Source: Candidatus Calditenuis fumarioli
GTDB taxonomy: Archaea; Thermoproteota; Nitrososphaeria_A; Caldarchaeales; Calditenuaceae
Direction of reading: 5' to 3'
NCBI GenBank assembly: GCA_030059665.1
Contig: JANVYR010000002.1
Location: 448,001-512,000, forward strand
Length of the DNA: 64,000 nucleotides
Made by a program: the position numbers and the translations under genes. The notes below the pieces were generated by a model that saw only the letters and a list, made by a program, of their open reading frames with translations, did no database searches and was not told where the DNA came from. Shown here in pieces: positions 45,480 through 55,291 of the stretch. Numbering within the stretch: the stretch's first letter is position 1; the number at the start of each line of letters is the position of its first letter.

Positions 45480-46382
45480 TCACCTGGTCCCGGAGCGCTC
45501 CGGTTCCGAGGGGCCGGTGTAGAGGGCCTCGAGGTCCGGTTCCAGATCCGCATAACCGGATGCGAGCTGCTCGGGCCTGAAGTCCTTGATGGCGCCGCAG
45601 GAGGTGCAGTGGATCCGCAGGAGGTAGTCGCCCTCGACGGCCCGCTTGATCTCCTCCTCCCCCGGCATCTGGACGTTGACGTTCTCCTTGCAGACCTCGC
45701 ACCGGTACGTGAAGGTCTGACCGTTTCCTTTGACGGGAATCTCCTCGATCAGCAGCCCTCCGACCAGGTACATCCTCGCCACGGGGAGCGAGATCCCCCT
45801 ACCCCTCAGGGCGTCCCTGAGCCTCCTCACCTCCAGCTCCCTCTCCTGGAGCAGCTTCCGGGCGTCGTTGAGGCTCCGCTCGATCATCGAGAACATCCAC
45901 GCCGGAACGTACTTGTCCCTCACCGCGGGAACGAGGGCGTTCGCGAGCAGGTTCCTGACGCGCTCCCTCACCGACTCGTCCACGTGCGGAACCGATTTGG
46001 ATCTGAGGGCCTCGCTCAGCCTCTTCAGGAGGTCCGAGAGTTTCGATAACGCCTCGACGTCCACGCTGCCGGAGGACGAGAGCACCGCGATCAGCGCGTC
46101 GAGCTCCTCCCTGAGGGCCCTCAGCTCCTCGAGCTCCTCCCTCTCCCTCGCTGCCTTACGCTCGATCAGCTCGGTCAGGAAACCCGAGAGCCTTCCGCCA
46201 TGCACGAGCTCCCCACTGGTGAGTATGGAGTGGACCTCCTCGATCAGCTGAGCGGCCTCCCTCGGATCCATGCCGATGCGATCCACCGCGTCCACCAGCT
46301 CGCCGTACCTCGAGTAAGGGATGAACCGCTCCAACGCCTCTGCCACGGCCTTCGGGGGAGGAATTAACGCGTCACCGGACAA
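45480..46382 (-). CDS. Coiled-coil protein with C-terminal zinc ribbon
   Basis: Long helical E/L/R-rich region; CEVC...CTSC. Start uncertain. Confidence 0.7.
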   Translation of the reverse strand: MSGDALIPPPKAVAEALERFIPYSRYGELVDAVDRIGMDPREAAQLIEEVHSILTSGELVHGGRLSGFLTELIERKAAREREELEELRALREELDALIAVLSSSGSVDVEALSKLSDLLKRLSEALRSKSVPHVDESVRERVRNLLANALVPAVRDKYVPAWMFSMIERSLNDARKLLQERELEVRRLRDALRGRGISLPVARMYLVGGLLIEEIPVKGNGQTFTYRCEVCKENVNVQMPGEEEIKRAVEGDYLLRIHCTSCGAIKDFRPEQLASGYADLEPDLEALYTGPSEPERSGTR

Positions 46383-46467
46383 CCACCGGAGAAGTATCAG
46401 GGTAATTCGGAAGTATCACGCAGGTGATCCCGGCAACGTTAACACCGCGCACCGCACTTCTACCGTC

Positions 46468-46887
46468 GTGAAGGTGCGGAGGTTCGAGTACAGGATCAAG
46501 ACGAAAGGCGAGGGTGACATCAGGGACCTCACCGGGCTGGTCGAGGACAGCGTGGCCAAGTCCGAGGTGAGGGAGGGCGTCGTGAACGTCTTCGTCGTCG
46601 GGTCGACCGCTGCGGTCTCGACGATGGAGTACGAACCCGGGCTCATCGAGGACGTCTCGGCAGCGCTCGAGAGGATAGCGCCCCGCAACGCGGAGTACAA
46701 GCATCACCTCAGGTGGGGAGACGACAACGGCCGCTCTCACGTCCGGGCCACGATCATCGGCCCCAGCCTGACCGTCCCAGTCTCCGGAGGGAGGCCCATC
46801 CTCGGGACCTGGCAGCAGGTTGTCCTCCTGGAGCTCGACACGCGGCCAAGAGAGCGGAGCTTAGTAATCACCGTGATGGGCGAGTGA
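46468..46887 (+). CDS. yjbQ: YjbQ/UPF0047 family protein
   Basis: FVVGSTAAV...YEPGL...YKHH...DDNGRSHVRA...LGTWQQVVLLELD motifs. Confidence 0.92.
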   Translation: MKVRRFEYRIKTKGEGDIRDLTGLVEDSVAKSEVREGVVNVFVVGSTAAVSTMEYEPGLIEDVSAALERIAPRNAEYKHHLRWGDDNGRSHVRATIIGPSLTVPVSGGRPILGTWQQVVLLELDTRPRERSLVITVMGE

Positions 46888-48288
46888 GGACCTCTCGTGC
46901 GCCCTCAGGTCGGGGTACGTGACGCCCCTGAGCAGCAGCAGGACCGGGATGACGACCGCGAGGCCGAGCCCGAAGGAGCCGATCGCAGGCGCGAGGGGGG
47001 ATGGTCCGGTCGATGGGGCGGAGAGCGAGGCCGAGATCGGGAACCACATCAGCTGAGACCCTATGCTGCCGCCGAGCACCCTCATGAACGCGAGCATTGA
47101 GGTGACGATCCCGAGCGTCTCGCGGCTTGCCAACGTCTGGGTGGCGATCAAGGTCGGAGGGACCACCATGCCCATCCCGAAGCCCAGCATCATCAGCGCC
47201 GGAACGATCAGGACCAGGCTCCCCTGAAGCGCTGCCAGGGAGAGGAGAGCCATGCTCCCCGCGAGGAGGGAGACGCCAAGCCTGATGATGCCTGCGACCT
47301 CGTGGTTGACGACGAGCCTCGAGGCTATGTTGGCGGCCACGACCCATCCGAGGGTCCCGGAGACGATGATGAGGCCTGAGGTGGTGGGGTCGAATCCGAG
47401 GCCCCACTGGAGCACCGCGGGCATCACCGAGACCGTCCCGAAGAAGACTAGCCCTCCGACGAGGTTCACGGCCATCGCGGTTCCCGTGTAGCGGTCCGTC
47501 ATCGATCCGAGCGGGATGAGCGGGTTTGGGGCGCGGCGCTCGACGAGGAGGAAGAGCGCTATCGCGGCAGCACCGAGACCCACGAGGACCGGCGTGAGCT
47601 CCGGCCAACCACCCTCGGACTCGACGAGGAGCATGAGGGCTCCGGTCCCGAGCGCGAAGAGCGCGGCGCCCTTGAAGTCGAAACCGTTGCCCTTACCCCT
47701 GATCCTCGGCATGGCTCTAAGGGCTATCGCGGCCGCGGCCATACCGGGGGCGACGCCGATCAGGAAGATCCAACGCCAGCCCACGCTCTCCGTCAACCAC
47801 CCTCCGAGGAGCGGGCCCGAAGCGCTGGAGACGGCCCATACGGTCGAGGTGTAGCCCGTGACGTAGCCCCTCTCCTCCACGCGGAAGATGTCGCCGATCA
47901 CGGTGAACGTGAGCACCAGAAGCGCTCCGCCGCCGATGCCCTGCAGGACCCTGAAGGCGATGAGCGACCTCATGTCCCAGGCGAAGCCGCAGAGCAGCAT
48001 GCCGACCGTGAAGGTGATGAGGCCTGCGATGTACACGGCCTTCCGCTCGAGTACGTCCGAGAGCCTACCCCAGATCGGGCCCGAGACGGTCGAGGCCACC
48101 ATGTAGAGCGCTATCGGCCAGATGTACGCCGACCTCTCCCCCAGCTCCGCGACGACGGTGGGCATCGCGACCGAGACGACGGTCGACTCTATTGAGGCCA
48201 GGAAGACCCCTGTGGAGAGGCCGATCAGCATCAGCCGCTTCCTGCCCGGCGTCAGCCCAAGCTCGACAGGCATGACCCGAGGACGCAT
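46861..48288 (-). CDS. MFS transporter, DHA2 family
   Basis: ASIESTVVSVAMPTVV and WGRLSDVLERK motifs; about 14 TM helices. Confidence 0.9.
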   Translation of the reverse strand: MRPRVMPVELGLTPGRKRLMLIGLSTGVFLASIESTVVSVAMPTVVAELGERSAYIWPIALYMVASTVSGPIWGRLSDVLERKAVYIAGLITFTVGMLLCGFAWDMRSLIAFRVLQGIGGGALLVLTFTVIGDIFRVEERGYVTGYTSTVWAVSSASGPLLGGWLTESVGWRWIFLIGVAPGMAAAAIALRAMPRIRGKGNGFDFKGAALFALGTGALMLLVESEGGWPELTPVLVGLGAAAIALFLLVERRAPNPLIPLGSMTDRYTGTAMAVNLVGGLVFFGTVSVMPAVLQWGLGFDPTTSGLIIVSGTLGWVVAANIASRLVVNHEVAGIIRLGVSLLAGSMALLSLAALQGSLVLIVPALMMLGFGMGMVVPPTLIATQTLASRETLGIVTSMLAFMRVLGGSIGSQLMWFPISASLSAPSTGPSPLAPAIGSFGLGLAVVIPVLLLLRGVTYPDLRAHERSSLAHHGDY

Positions 48289-48319
48289 GGGGATTAGGCG
48301 CAATATGAACTGCGAACGG

Positions 48320-48985
48320 TCAAGCGCCGAGGGCCCTGAGGGCGAGTATCACCGCCAGCGCGGAGGCCGGGACCAGCACGTTGTCGTCTATCGGGCCGAA
48401 CTCGAACCTCTCCACCAGGGATGAGACCAGCCCCGCGAGGGCTCCGGGTGGGCCGAGGACCGCCAGACCGAAGGGGACGCAGAAGGCCGCCATCGCGATG
48501 TTCCCCTCGATCGCCTTGGTCCTCCTTCTGTAAATGAGGTTGCGGACCACACCGGTCACCCCGTCGCCGACCGCCATGAACATGACCGGAACGACCGCGA
48601 GCCAGACGTCGTTGACCGCGAACCCCAGGAACATGACCGCGCCCCACATCAGGATGAAGTTCACCTCGTACGCGTTCTCGGGCACCTGATACCAGTAGAG
48701 GAGCCTGCCGGTCCGGTGGGGGAGGTAGTTGCCCACCGCCAGGAGCGCGACCATGATCGCTATGGGCAGGTAGGAACGGTAGAGTAAGGGGACGAGGAGC
48801 GCTACGACGCCGCCCGCGAGGACGTGTATCAGCTTCCTGTTGAAGTAGACCGCGACCCGGTGCTCGAGGCCCCGGGCTCTCATTTCGTGGTAGGTCCATC
48901 TCGTCAGAGGGATTGCGACGAACAGGACCCAGCCGAGGAGGATCGCGGTGACAACCCACTCCGAGAGCGTTGGAGCTTCGAGCAC
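48320..48985 (-). CDS. Dolichol/phytol kinase-like (CTP-dependent) membrane protein
   Basis: RKLIH, GDGVTGVV, KAIEGNIA and DDNVLVP motifs. Confidence 0.82.
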   Translation of the reverse strand: MLEAPTLSEWVVTAILLGWVLFVAIPLTRWTYHEMRARGLEHRVAVYFNRKLIHVLAGGVVALLVPLLYRSYLPIAIMVALLAVGNYLPHRTGRLLYWYQVPENAYEVNFILMWGAVMFLGFAVNDVWLAVVPVMFMAVGDGVTGVVRNLIYRRRTKAIEGNIAMAAFCVPFGLAVLGPPGALAGLVSSLVERFEFGPIDDNVLVPASALAVILALRALGA

Positions 48986-49302
48986 GTCGTCCTCGGTTCC
49001 GTCGTCCGAGATATGACTTCCTGGGGAGAGGCCATCGGAGAAAATTGCGGTGGTCGGGGAGCTTGGGCGATGTCAAAAGGCAACTAAGGTAATACCATTT
49101 TTCAGCATCTGATAAGTGCTCTGAATTGAGTTGATATTGAGATTCAATCTCTCGCGCATCGAGCAGCATATATAAATCACCTATATGAATTTTGCTGAAG
49201 ACGACCCCCATCATCTTAAAATAGAGGTCAAAAATTCGTCCGTGCGAAGGGGTGGCGCGGCGGGAAGCCGCGCAGAGCCCGAAAATCCCGGAATCGGGAA
49301 CG

Positions 49303-49395
49303 GTGATCCCGAGAGAGGGAGTTGAAAGATCTCCGCTATCAGCGCCTGCACGTCCAGTCCCGTTTCGCTCAGTGATCCCGCGAGAGAGTCGAAAG
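49303..49395 (+). CRISPR. Orphan mini CRISPR-like unit: repeat, 43-nt spacer, degenerate repeat
   Basis: GTGATCCCGAGAGAGGGAGTTGAAAG (49303-49328) and GTGATCCCGCGAGAGAGTCGAAAG (49372-49395); GAAAG 3' end and TCCC/GGGA palindrome; AT-rich leader with TATATAAA at 49169-49176; no cas genes in the window. Confidence 0.6.
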
Positions 49396-49454
49396 CTGCG
49401 GAATTGAAAGGGAAAAGGTTGAGTTGAGGCATCAACCTGCTCACGCGACAAGGA

Positions 49455-50042
49455 ATGGAGGCCATCAGGAGGCGCGGCTCCTTCAGCAGGTCCACTAAGG
49501 AGACGGAGGTAGAGGTCTCAATAGTCCTGGACGGCACGGGGGTCGCCGACGTCTCGACGGGCCTGAGGTTCCTGGATCACATGCTGCACCTCCTCGCGCA
49601 CCACACCAGGTCCGACCTCACGGTCAGGGCCAGGTGGGACCTCGTCCACCACGGAGTCGAGGACGTGGCCATCGCGCTGGGCAGGGCCGTCGGGGAGGCG
49701 CTGGGCGACCGGAAGGGGATCAGGCGCTTCGGTCACGCGCTGGTGCCGATGGACGAGAGCCTGGCCCTCGCAGCGGTCGACCTGGTGAGGAGGGCCCACG
49801 CATCGGTTGACCTGACGTTGTCCTCCGAGAGGATAGAGGACGTGGCGGCCGAGGACCTCCAGCACTTCGTCGAGTCTTTCGCGGTCAACATCCCGGCGGT
49901 GGTGCACGTGGAGGTGCTGAGGGGAACGAACGCCCACCACAAGGTCGAGGCCGCCTTCAAGGCCCTCGCGCTTGCCCTACGCGACGCCTGGTCCATCGAG
50001 CCCGGCTTTTCGGGCCCCAGGTCCACCAAGGGCGTCCTCTGA
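49455..50042 (+). CDS. hisB: Imidazoleglycerol-phosphate dehydratase
   Basis: FLDHML, HHGVED, PMDESL, NAHHKVEAAFK and STKGVL motifs. Confidence 0.95.
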   Translation: MEAIRRRGSFSRSTKETEVEVSIVLDGTGVADVSTGLRFLDHMLHLLAHHTRSDLTVRARWDLVHHGVEDVAIALGRAVGEALGDRKGIRRFGHALVPMDESLALAAVDLVRRAHASVDLTLSSERIEDVAAEDLQHFVESFAVNIPAVVHVEVLRGTNAHHKVEAAFKALALALRDAWSIEPGFSGPRSTKGVL

Positions 50043-50114
50043 CAACCCGGAGCCCAACTTCACCAATAACCGGTCTATGAAACCATCTATATCCCGGAGG
50101 AGCGCGGTCCCTCC

Positions 50115-50759
50115 GTGAGGGCCCGGGAGCTCCTGGAAAGCGTGAGGAAAGAGCTCGAGCCGCTGAACGCCTCAGTTCTCAGGTGCCGCTTCCTGACGAA
50201 GGCGGAGCGCGGTGAGCTCTCGGTCGACGACCTTCGCCTCTTCGCCGAGAACCAGCTCTACATCGTCTCCCACGACGCCCGGAGCCTCTCATTGATGGCG
50301 TCCAGGGCAGGCGACCCGGAGGAGGCCGAGTACTTCGCGGAGCTGGCCCGGTCGGACCTCATGGCGCTCAGGGCCCTGAGGGAGATGGCGCTGGAGCTCG
50401 GCATTGGCCAGAAGCCCCTCCACGAGCTGAGGATCGTTCCCCACGCGGTCGACTACACCCACTTCCTCGCGTTCCTCGCGGCCCACGGCAACCCCGGCGA
50501 GCAGGCGTTCGCGCTGATCGTGAACCTGCCTGTCTGGTCGGCCGCGTGCTCCAGGCTCCTCAACGCCGTCAGGAGCAGACACGATCTCCGGAGGACCGAA
50601 TTCCTCGAGCTGTTCGCGAACGTCCCGAGCTGGGTCGAGGAGGTTGGGCTGCGCGTCTGCGAGAGGTACGTGGAGCGCCACGGCGAGAGCATGAGGTTCT
50701 TCGCGAGGCTGATACAGGAGTACGAGCTCAGCTTCTGGGAGGGGTTGGGAGGTGGCTGA
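50115..50759 (+). CDS. TenA family protein (TenA_E-like)
   Basis: TenA fold signature (F..ENQLYI...YTHFL...ELSFWE); tandem with the next gene. Confidence 0.82.
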   Translation: MRARELLESVRKELEPLNASVLRCRFLTKAERGELSVDDLRLFAENQLYIVSHDARSLSLMASRAGDPEEAEYFAELARSDLMALRALREMALELGIGQKPLHELRIVPHAVDYTHFLAFLAAHGNPGEQAFALIVNLPVWSAACSRLLNAVRSRHDLRRTEFLELFANVPSWVEEVGLRVCERYVERHGESMRFFARLIQEYELSFWEGLGGG

Positions 50760-51462
50760 GGTGAGGAGCGGGAGGCCGAGGGAGGCCCTCTGGCGCTCGA
50801 TCGATGACGTTTACCGCGCCATCCTCGCGCACCCGTTCGTGAGGGGCCTCTCGGACGGGTCTCTGCCGGAAAATCGCTTCAGGGAGTACATCGTCCAGGA
50901 CGCCCTCTACCTCAGCTCCTTCTCGAGGGCCGTGGCGATCGTTGGGACGAAGGCCCCGAACGACGACAGCTCGCTCACCTTGCTGGAGAACGCGGTGGGA
51001 GCGCTGAGGGTGGAGAGGGCATCGCTCCACGAGTTCCTGATGCGGGAGTGGGGCGTGAAGCCGGAGGAGCTGAGGTCACGCGTCATGAGCCCGGTGAACC
51101 TCGCCTACACGAGCTACCTGATCGCCGCTGCGTCCTCCGGATCCTTCGAGGAGGGCCTCGCCGCGATACTGCCGTGCTTCTGGGTCTACTACGAGGTCGG
51201 GAAAGAGCTGGTGAGGAGGGGCTCAGAGGTCCCCGTGTACCGCCGCTGGATCGAGACCTACTCCTCGCCCGAGTACGAGAGGGCCGTGATGGCCGTTGTT
51301 GGGCTCGCGGACGAGCACCTCGCGGGGCTGACCGGAAACCGGCTCAGGGCCGTCCTGGGACACTTCAGGACGTCATCGATCTACGAGTACCTGTTCTTCG
51401 ACGAGGCCTATCGGGGATGGAGCTGGCCCTTCAGCCCGCAACCCTCCGAGTATCCTTTATAA
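50752..51462 (+). CDS. tenA: Thiaminase II / TenA
   Basis: HPFV, YIVQDALYL, LPCFWVY (catalytic Cys), YRRWIETY and EYLFFD motifs. Confidence 0.92.
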   Translation: MAEVRSGRPREALWRSIDDVYRAILAHPFVRGLSDGSLPENRFREYIVQDALYLSSFSRAVAIVGTKAPNDDSSLTLLENAVGALRVERASLHEFLMREWGVKPEELRSRVMSPVNLAYTSYLIAAASSGSFEEGLAAILPCFWVYYEVGKELVRRGSEVPVYRRWIETYSSPEYERAVMAVVGLADEHLAGLTGNRLRAVLGHFRTSSIYEYLFFDEAYRGWSWPFSPQPSEYPL

Positions 51463-51488
51463 CCTGAGGGCGGATTAAGGGGTGGGAC

Positions 51489-51941
51489 ATGGGGAGGAAG
51501 CGGAGGAAGATCGTCAAGCGCGCTCCGAGGAGGATCCCGAGGGTCTTCTACTGCCCGCTCTGCAACCAGCAGGCGGTGACCGTGGTGAACGTGACGGGAT
51601 ACAGCGCCGAGGTCTCCTGCGGAAGCTGCGGGACGTCCGTCACGGTTCCGTGGTACAGGAGCTCCCTCCCGGTCGACGCCTACTCGACCTGGTACGACGT
51701 GGTGACGGGCAGGAGGAAGCGCGAGGAGGTGGAGGCGGAGGTAGAGCGTCTCCGGCAGCTGCACGAGGGATTGGCTGAGGAGCTGGTCGAGGCGCTGGTG
51801 GGTGAGGGCGAAGGCGCCAGCGGCGAAGAGTCGTCCGAGGCCGGGGCAGAGGCTGAGGCCGAGGGGCTGGAGGGATCGGAAAGTCTTGAATTGAGCCAGC
51901 GGGAGGAACCCGAGGGAGGGGAGGATGAAGCAGGTCGTTAG
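51489..51941 (+). CDS. elf1: Transcription elongation factor Elf1 with acidic C-terminal extension
   Basis: MGRKRRK, FYCPLC...CGSC, VDAYSTWYD; Glu-rich tail. Confidence 0.88.
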   Translation: MGRKRRKIVKRAPRRIPRVFYCPLCNQQAVTVVNVTGYSAEVSCGSCGTSVTVPWYRSSLPVDAYSTWYDVVTGRRKREEVEAEVERLRQLHEGLAEELVEALVGEGEGASGEESSEAGAEAEAEGLEGSESLELSQREEPEGGEDEAGR

Positions 51942-52242
51942 GATCAAGCTCGCGTCGACGGACCTCGAGAAGCTGGAGGGGCTCTGCAGGGAGATCAAGG
52001 AGATCGCCACCAGGACCGGTGCGAGGGTGGCGGGCCCTGTGCCGCTGCCGACGCAGAGGATGGTGCTTCCCGTCAGGAAGAGCCCGTGCGGTGAGGGCAC
52101 CAAGACCTGGAGGAAGTGGGAGATGAGGGTTCACAGGAGGCTGATCGACCTGACCATCACCGACCCACGCGTCCTGAGGGAGATCATGAGGATACAGCTG
52201 CCCGAGGAGGTCGCGATCGAGATGCGCGTCAGGACCACCTGA
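51925..52242 (+). CDS. rps10: 30S ribosomal protein S10
   Basis: GPVPLPT...RKSPCGEG...WEMRVHRRLID. Confidence 0.97.
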   Translation: MKQVVRIKLASTDLEKLEGLCREIKEIATRTGARVAGPVPLPTQRMVLPVRKSPCGEGTKTWRKWEMRVHRRLIDLTITDPRVLREIMRIQLPEEVAIEMRVRTT

Positions 52243-52306
52243 GACCGTTCCTCCTCCCCCGCGCTCGGTTCAAGTGCAACCAACCCTTTGCGTGGGCCGT
52301 GAGGTC

Positions 52307-53677
52307 ATGCTGGACGAGGAGCGCTACAGGTCGCTGACATGCGACGAGTATGAGTCGGCTGTCGGAATAGGGGCCTACTACACCCAGACCAGGGGCATCG
52401 GCGGCCTGATCAAGGTCCTCCCCGAGGACTTCGAGGTCTGGGAGGTCCTCAACGGCGGGCTCGACGCGAGGGAGCGATTCGAGCGCTGGAGGCCGCCTCC
52501 GCATCCACCCGTGAGGAACGCGCTCCTGGTGGTCAAGAAGAGGGACCGGGAGACGCTCAGGGTAGCTGCTGACCTGGCAAAGATCTTGGGAGTCCGGTTG
52601 AGGGCGGTGAAGACCTACGGGCTCAAGGACAGGAGGGCCGTGGCCTGGCAGTTCGTCGCGGTCCCTGCGCGGAGCGTGCTGGACAGGATCGACGTTCCGA
52701 TAGAGGTGAGGGGCGCACAGGCCCTGGTGGTCGGGGAGGCCCACTCGGTCGAGACCCGGGAGCTCCTCTACAACGCGTTCAGGGTGCTGGTACGGGAGGC
52801 AGATCCCGATCAGGAGGTTCTGGAGAACTTCGTTCGCGAGGTGAACTCCAGAGGCGTCCCGAACTTCTACGGACTCCAGCGCTTCGGGGTTTCGAGGCCC
52901 ATCACCCACTTGGTGGGATATCACATCGTCCGAGGTGACCTCGAGGCTGCAGCGAGGGCCTTCGTCGGCCTGCACACTCCCCACGAGCAGGAGCACGTCA
53001 TCGAGTTCAGGCGCTCCTTCCTCGAATCCGGCGACTGGAGTTGGGCTGCGATGAACGCGCCCAAATCTCTCGTTTACGAGAGGGCGCTGCTCCGTCACCT
53101 CGCGTCGAACCCAGGCGACTTCGCTGGCGCCTTCAGGAGGCTACCGCTCAGGATCAGGCGGCTGCTGGTCGAGTCGTACGCATCCTACGTCTTCAACAGG
53201 GCCCTCACCGAGAACCTCCGGGACGGAGTCCCGCTCGACGAGCCCTTGGAGGGAGACCTCGTGGCCCGCGTCGACCGGTTCGGAAGGCCCGAGCGGAAGC
53301 TCTACGAGGTGAGCAGGTGGAACATCGTAGAGGCGGCGAGGCGCGTCAGGGAGGGGACGATGGCGATACTGATGCCGCACCCAGGCCACTCCGTCAGGCT
53401 CCCCCAGAACGAGCGGGGTAAAGCGATACTGAGGGCGCTCGAGCAGGACGGTCTGAGGCCGTCCTCGTTCAGGCTGAGGGACCTCCCGGAGGCCGGGTCG
53501 ATGGGGGGATACAGGGCCGTGACGTTGAGGCCGCTCCGAATCTCGGCGCGGGCCGTCAAGGAAGACGGGGTCCTCGTCGAGATGGCGCTCCCGAGGGGTT
53601 CCTTCGCGACGGTAGTGCTGAGGGAGCTGATGAAGCAGAGGTGCGCGCTGGCCTACGTCGGAAAAAGGGTCCACTGA
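52307..53677 (+). CDS. truD: tRNA pseudouridine(13) synthase TruD/Pus7
   Basis: PEDFEVWE, GLKDRRAVAWQ, PNFYGLQRFG and LPRGSFATVVLRE motifs. Confidence 0.95.
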   Translation: MLDEERYRSLTCDEYESAVGIGAYYTQTRGIGGLIKVLPEDFEVWEVLNGGLDARERFERWRPPPHPPVRNALLVVKKRDRETLRVAADLAKILGVRLRAVKTYGLKDRRAVAWQFVAVPARSVLDRIDVPIEVRGAQALVVGEAHSVETRELLYNAFRVLVREADPDQEVLENFVREVNSRGVPNFYGLQRFGVSRPITHLVGYHIVRGDLEAAARAFVGLHTPHEQEHVIEFRRSFLESGDWSWAAMNAPKSLVYERALLRHLASNPGDFAGAFRRLPLRIRRLLVESYASYVFNRALTENLRDGVPLDEPLEGDLVARVDRFGRPERKLYEVSRWNIVEAARRVREGTMAILMPHPGHSVRLPQNERGKAILRALEQDGLRPSSFRLRDLPEAGSMGGYRAVTLRPLRISARAVKEDGVLVEMALPRGSFATVVLRELMKQRCALAYVGKRVH

Positions 53678-53681
53678 GAGG

Positions 53682-54815
53682 TCAGGCCTTGGCCTCGGCG
53701 AGCCTCCGGAACCTGGGCCTCAGCTTCTCGAGTATCATCGGCAGCGTCGTGTACTCCATCTCCTCGTGCCCGAGCCTCGCGGGCTCGAACTCTCCCATCG
53801 TCCTGAGGTAGACGGCCATCTCGGCCGCGATCCTCCTGCTGTACTCGAAGAACGGGTCGTCGAAGAGGTCCGCGGGCTCCTTCCCATCGACCCCCACGAG
53901 CTTCCCCTCGGATATCTGCCAGCCCATCGCGATGACCCTCGGAGGCCCGTCGAAGAAGGTCACCACGTTCTGGCCCTTCCTGAAGGAGACGGGCATGAGC
54001 GGCCCCCTGTGGGAACCCCTCATCCATCCGCTGACGATCGGCGGGACCGCGAAGGCGCTCAGTATCTCCCCGACCGCGGGGAACCCCGCCTGGGCCCTCA
54101 CCAGCATCACCGGGTCGTCCTTACCGACGTACCTCCCGGCGATCAGGCTGAGCCTCGTGGTGCTCGCGGCCGCGGCGGGCTCGTCGTCGATGGCCCTGTA
54201 GACCTTGGAGACCGCGTACCTGCCGGGTGTTCCGAGAAGGGCGACGAGGTCGTAGAGCTCCTCCGGGACCTTGAGCGTGACCACCTCGGACTCGATCAGG
54301 TCCATCACCTCGAACTTGAAGCCCGCGTGGAGCTTCGGGTCTATCACGAGGCCAGCGGTGTTGTCCGGCGACGCGAAGATCCTGTAGAGGGGGACGTTCC
54401 ACGCACCCGGCTCGGTCTTGTCGGCCGCGAAGACCACCACCGGTTCCGAAGGCCTCTCCTCGAACTCGAGCTCGGCGACACCTGGCCCGAGGCCCCTGAC
54501 GTTACCGCTGAAGGCGTCGCTGAGGAGGTCCTGACCCGCACCGTACAGCTTCAACGGCTTAGCCACCCTCTCCGTGATCTCCTTGAAGGTCCTCCAGGCG
54601 AGGCCGTGGATCTCCGGGTCGTTCTCGCCGCGGGTGTGGGTCATCACAAGAACTATGTCGTCGCCGCAGTGGGTCACGTACCCGGATCCGATCAGGCCCG
54701 TCTCCTCAGCCTCGGCGATCCTCGACTGCGCGTACCTCAGCATCTCGGAGTGCGGCCTGTGGTGACCTGCGACGCTCCCGACGTCGGCCTTGATGACGGA
54801 GAGGGTCACCCTCAT
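53682..54815 (-). CDS. fbp: Bifunctional fructose-1,6-bisphosphate aldolase/phosphatase
   Basis: SVIKADVGS, YGAGQDLLSD, DKTEPGAWN, YVGKDDP and GWMRGSH motifs. Confidence 0.97.
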   Translation of the reverse strand: MRVTLSVIKADVGSVAGHHRPHSEMLRYAQSRIAEAEETGLIGSGYVTHCGDDIVLVMTHTRGENDPEIHGLAWRTFKEITERVAKPLKLYGAGQDLLSDAFSGNVRGLGPGVAELEFEERPSEPVVVFAADKTEPGAWNVPLYRIFASPDNTAGLVIDPKLHAGFKFEVMDLIESEVVTLKVPEELYDLVALLGTPGRYAVSKVYRAIDDEPAAAASTTRLSLIAGRYVGKDDPVMLVRAQAGFPAVGEILSAFAVPPIVSGWMRGSHRGPLMPVSFRKGQNVVTFFDGPPRVIAMGWQISEGKLVGVDGKEPADLFDDPFFEYSRRIAAEMAVYLRTMGEFEPARLGHEEMEYTTLPMILEKLRPRFRRLAEAKA

Positions 54816-54871
54816 GACGCCAGGAAACTATAACGGCGGGTAAAATGCATACCGCCGCATACCGCGACGAA

Positions 54872-55291
54872 CTACTCGGAGGAGGCCCTTCCCAGGAGCG
54901 CGAGGCCGAAGACCAGGGCGCCCATCAGGTGGGCGACGGTGCAGAAGACGCAGAAGCTTCCGATCACGAAGAACTCGAGGTATGTCAGGTAAGCGACGCC
55001 CATCAGCCCCAGAGCGCCCCAGTAGACCAGGTACCGCATGAGCGAGGGAGACCTCAAAGAGGCCAGCGAGAGAACCGAGGAGACCGCGAACCACGCGACG
55101 CCGTAGGCCGCGACCGGAACGCCCAGGAACCTCGAGTGCTCTCCGAGGATGACGGGACCGCAGGAGAGGAGCTGGTTGATCGAGCAGTAGGGGCTGGAGG
55201 CCACCTGCTCGGGGAAGAGGAGGTAGAGGCTGACGGAGAGGCCCGCGAGGGAGGCCGCGATCGTTCCCAGCGCGAAGGTCCGTCCCCTCAA
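54872..55291 (-). CDS. Vitamin K epoxide reductase (VKOR) family protein
   Basis: C..C pair (YCSINQLLSC), FLGVPVA and CVFC motifs; TTG start overlaps the upstream stop. Confidence 0.9.
   Translation of the reverse strand: MRGRTFALGTIAASLAGLSVSLYLLFPEQVASSPYCSINQLLSCGPVILGEHSRFLGVPVAAYGVAWFAVSSVLSLASLRSPSLMRYLVYWGALGLMGVAYLTYLEFFVIGSFCVFCTVAHLMGALVFGLALLGRASSE

Noticed and set aside
48294-49451. 385-aa minus-strand ORF and similar long alternate-frame ORFs (37502-38947, 36546-37961, 53766-54833, 58095-59090, 59639-60604)
   Set aside because: Shadow frames of well-supported genes in high-GC DNA, with Arg/Pro/Gly-rich composition and no motifs.
50115-51462. Tandem TenA genes as part of the PQQ system
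   Set aside because: They share only the fold with PqqC; the motifs fit ordinary thiamine salvage and they lie in core-genome context.
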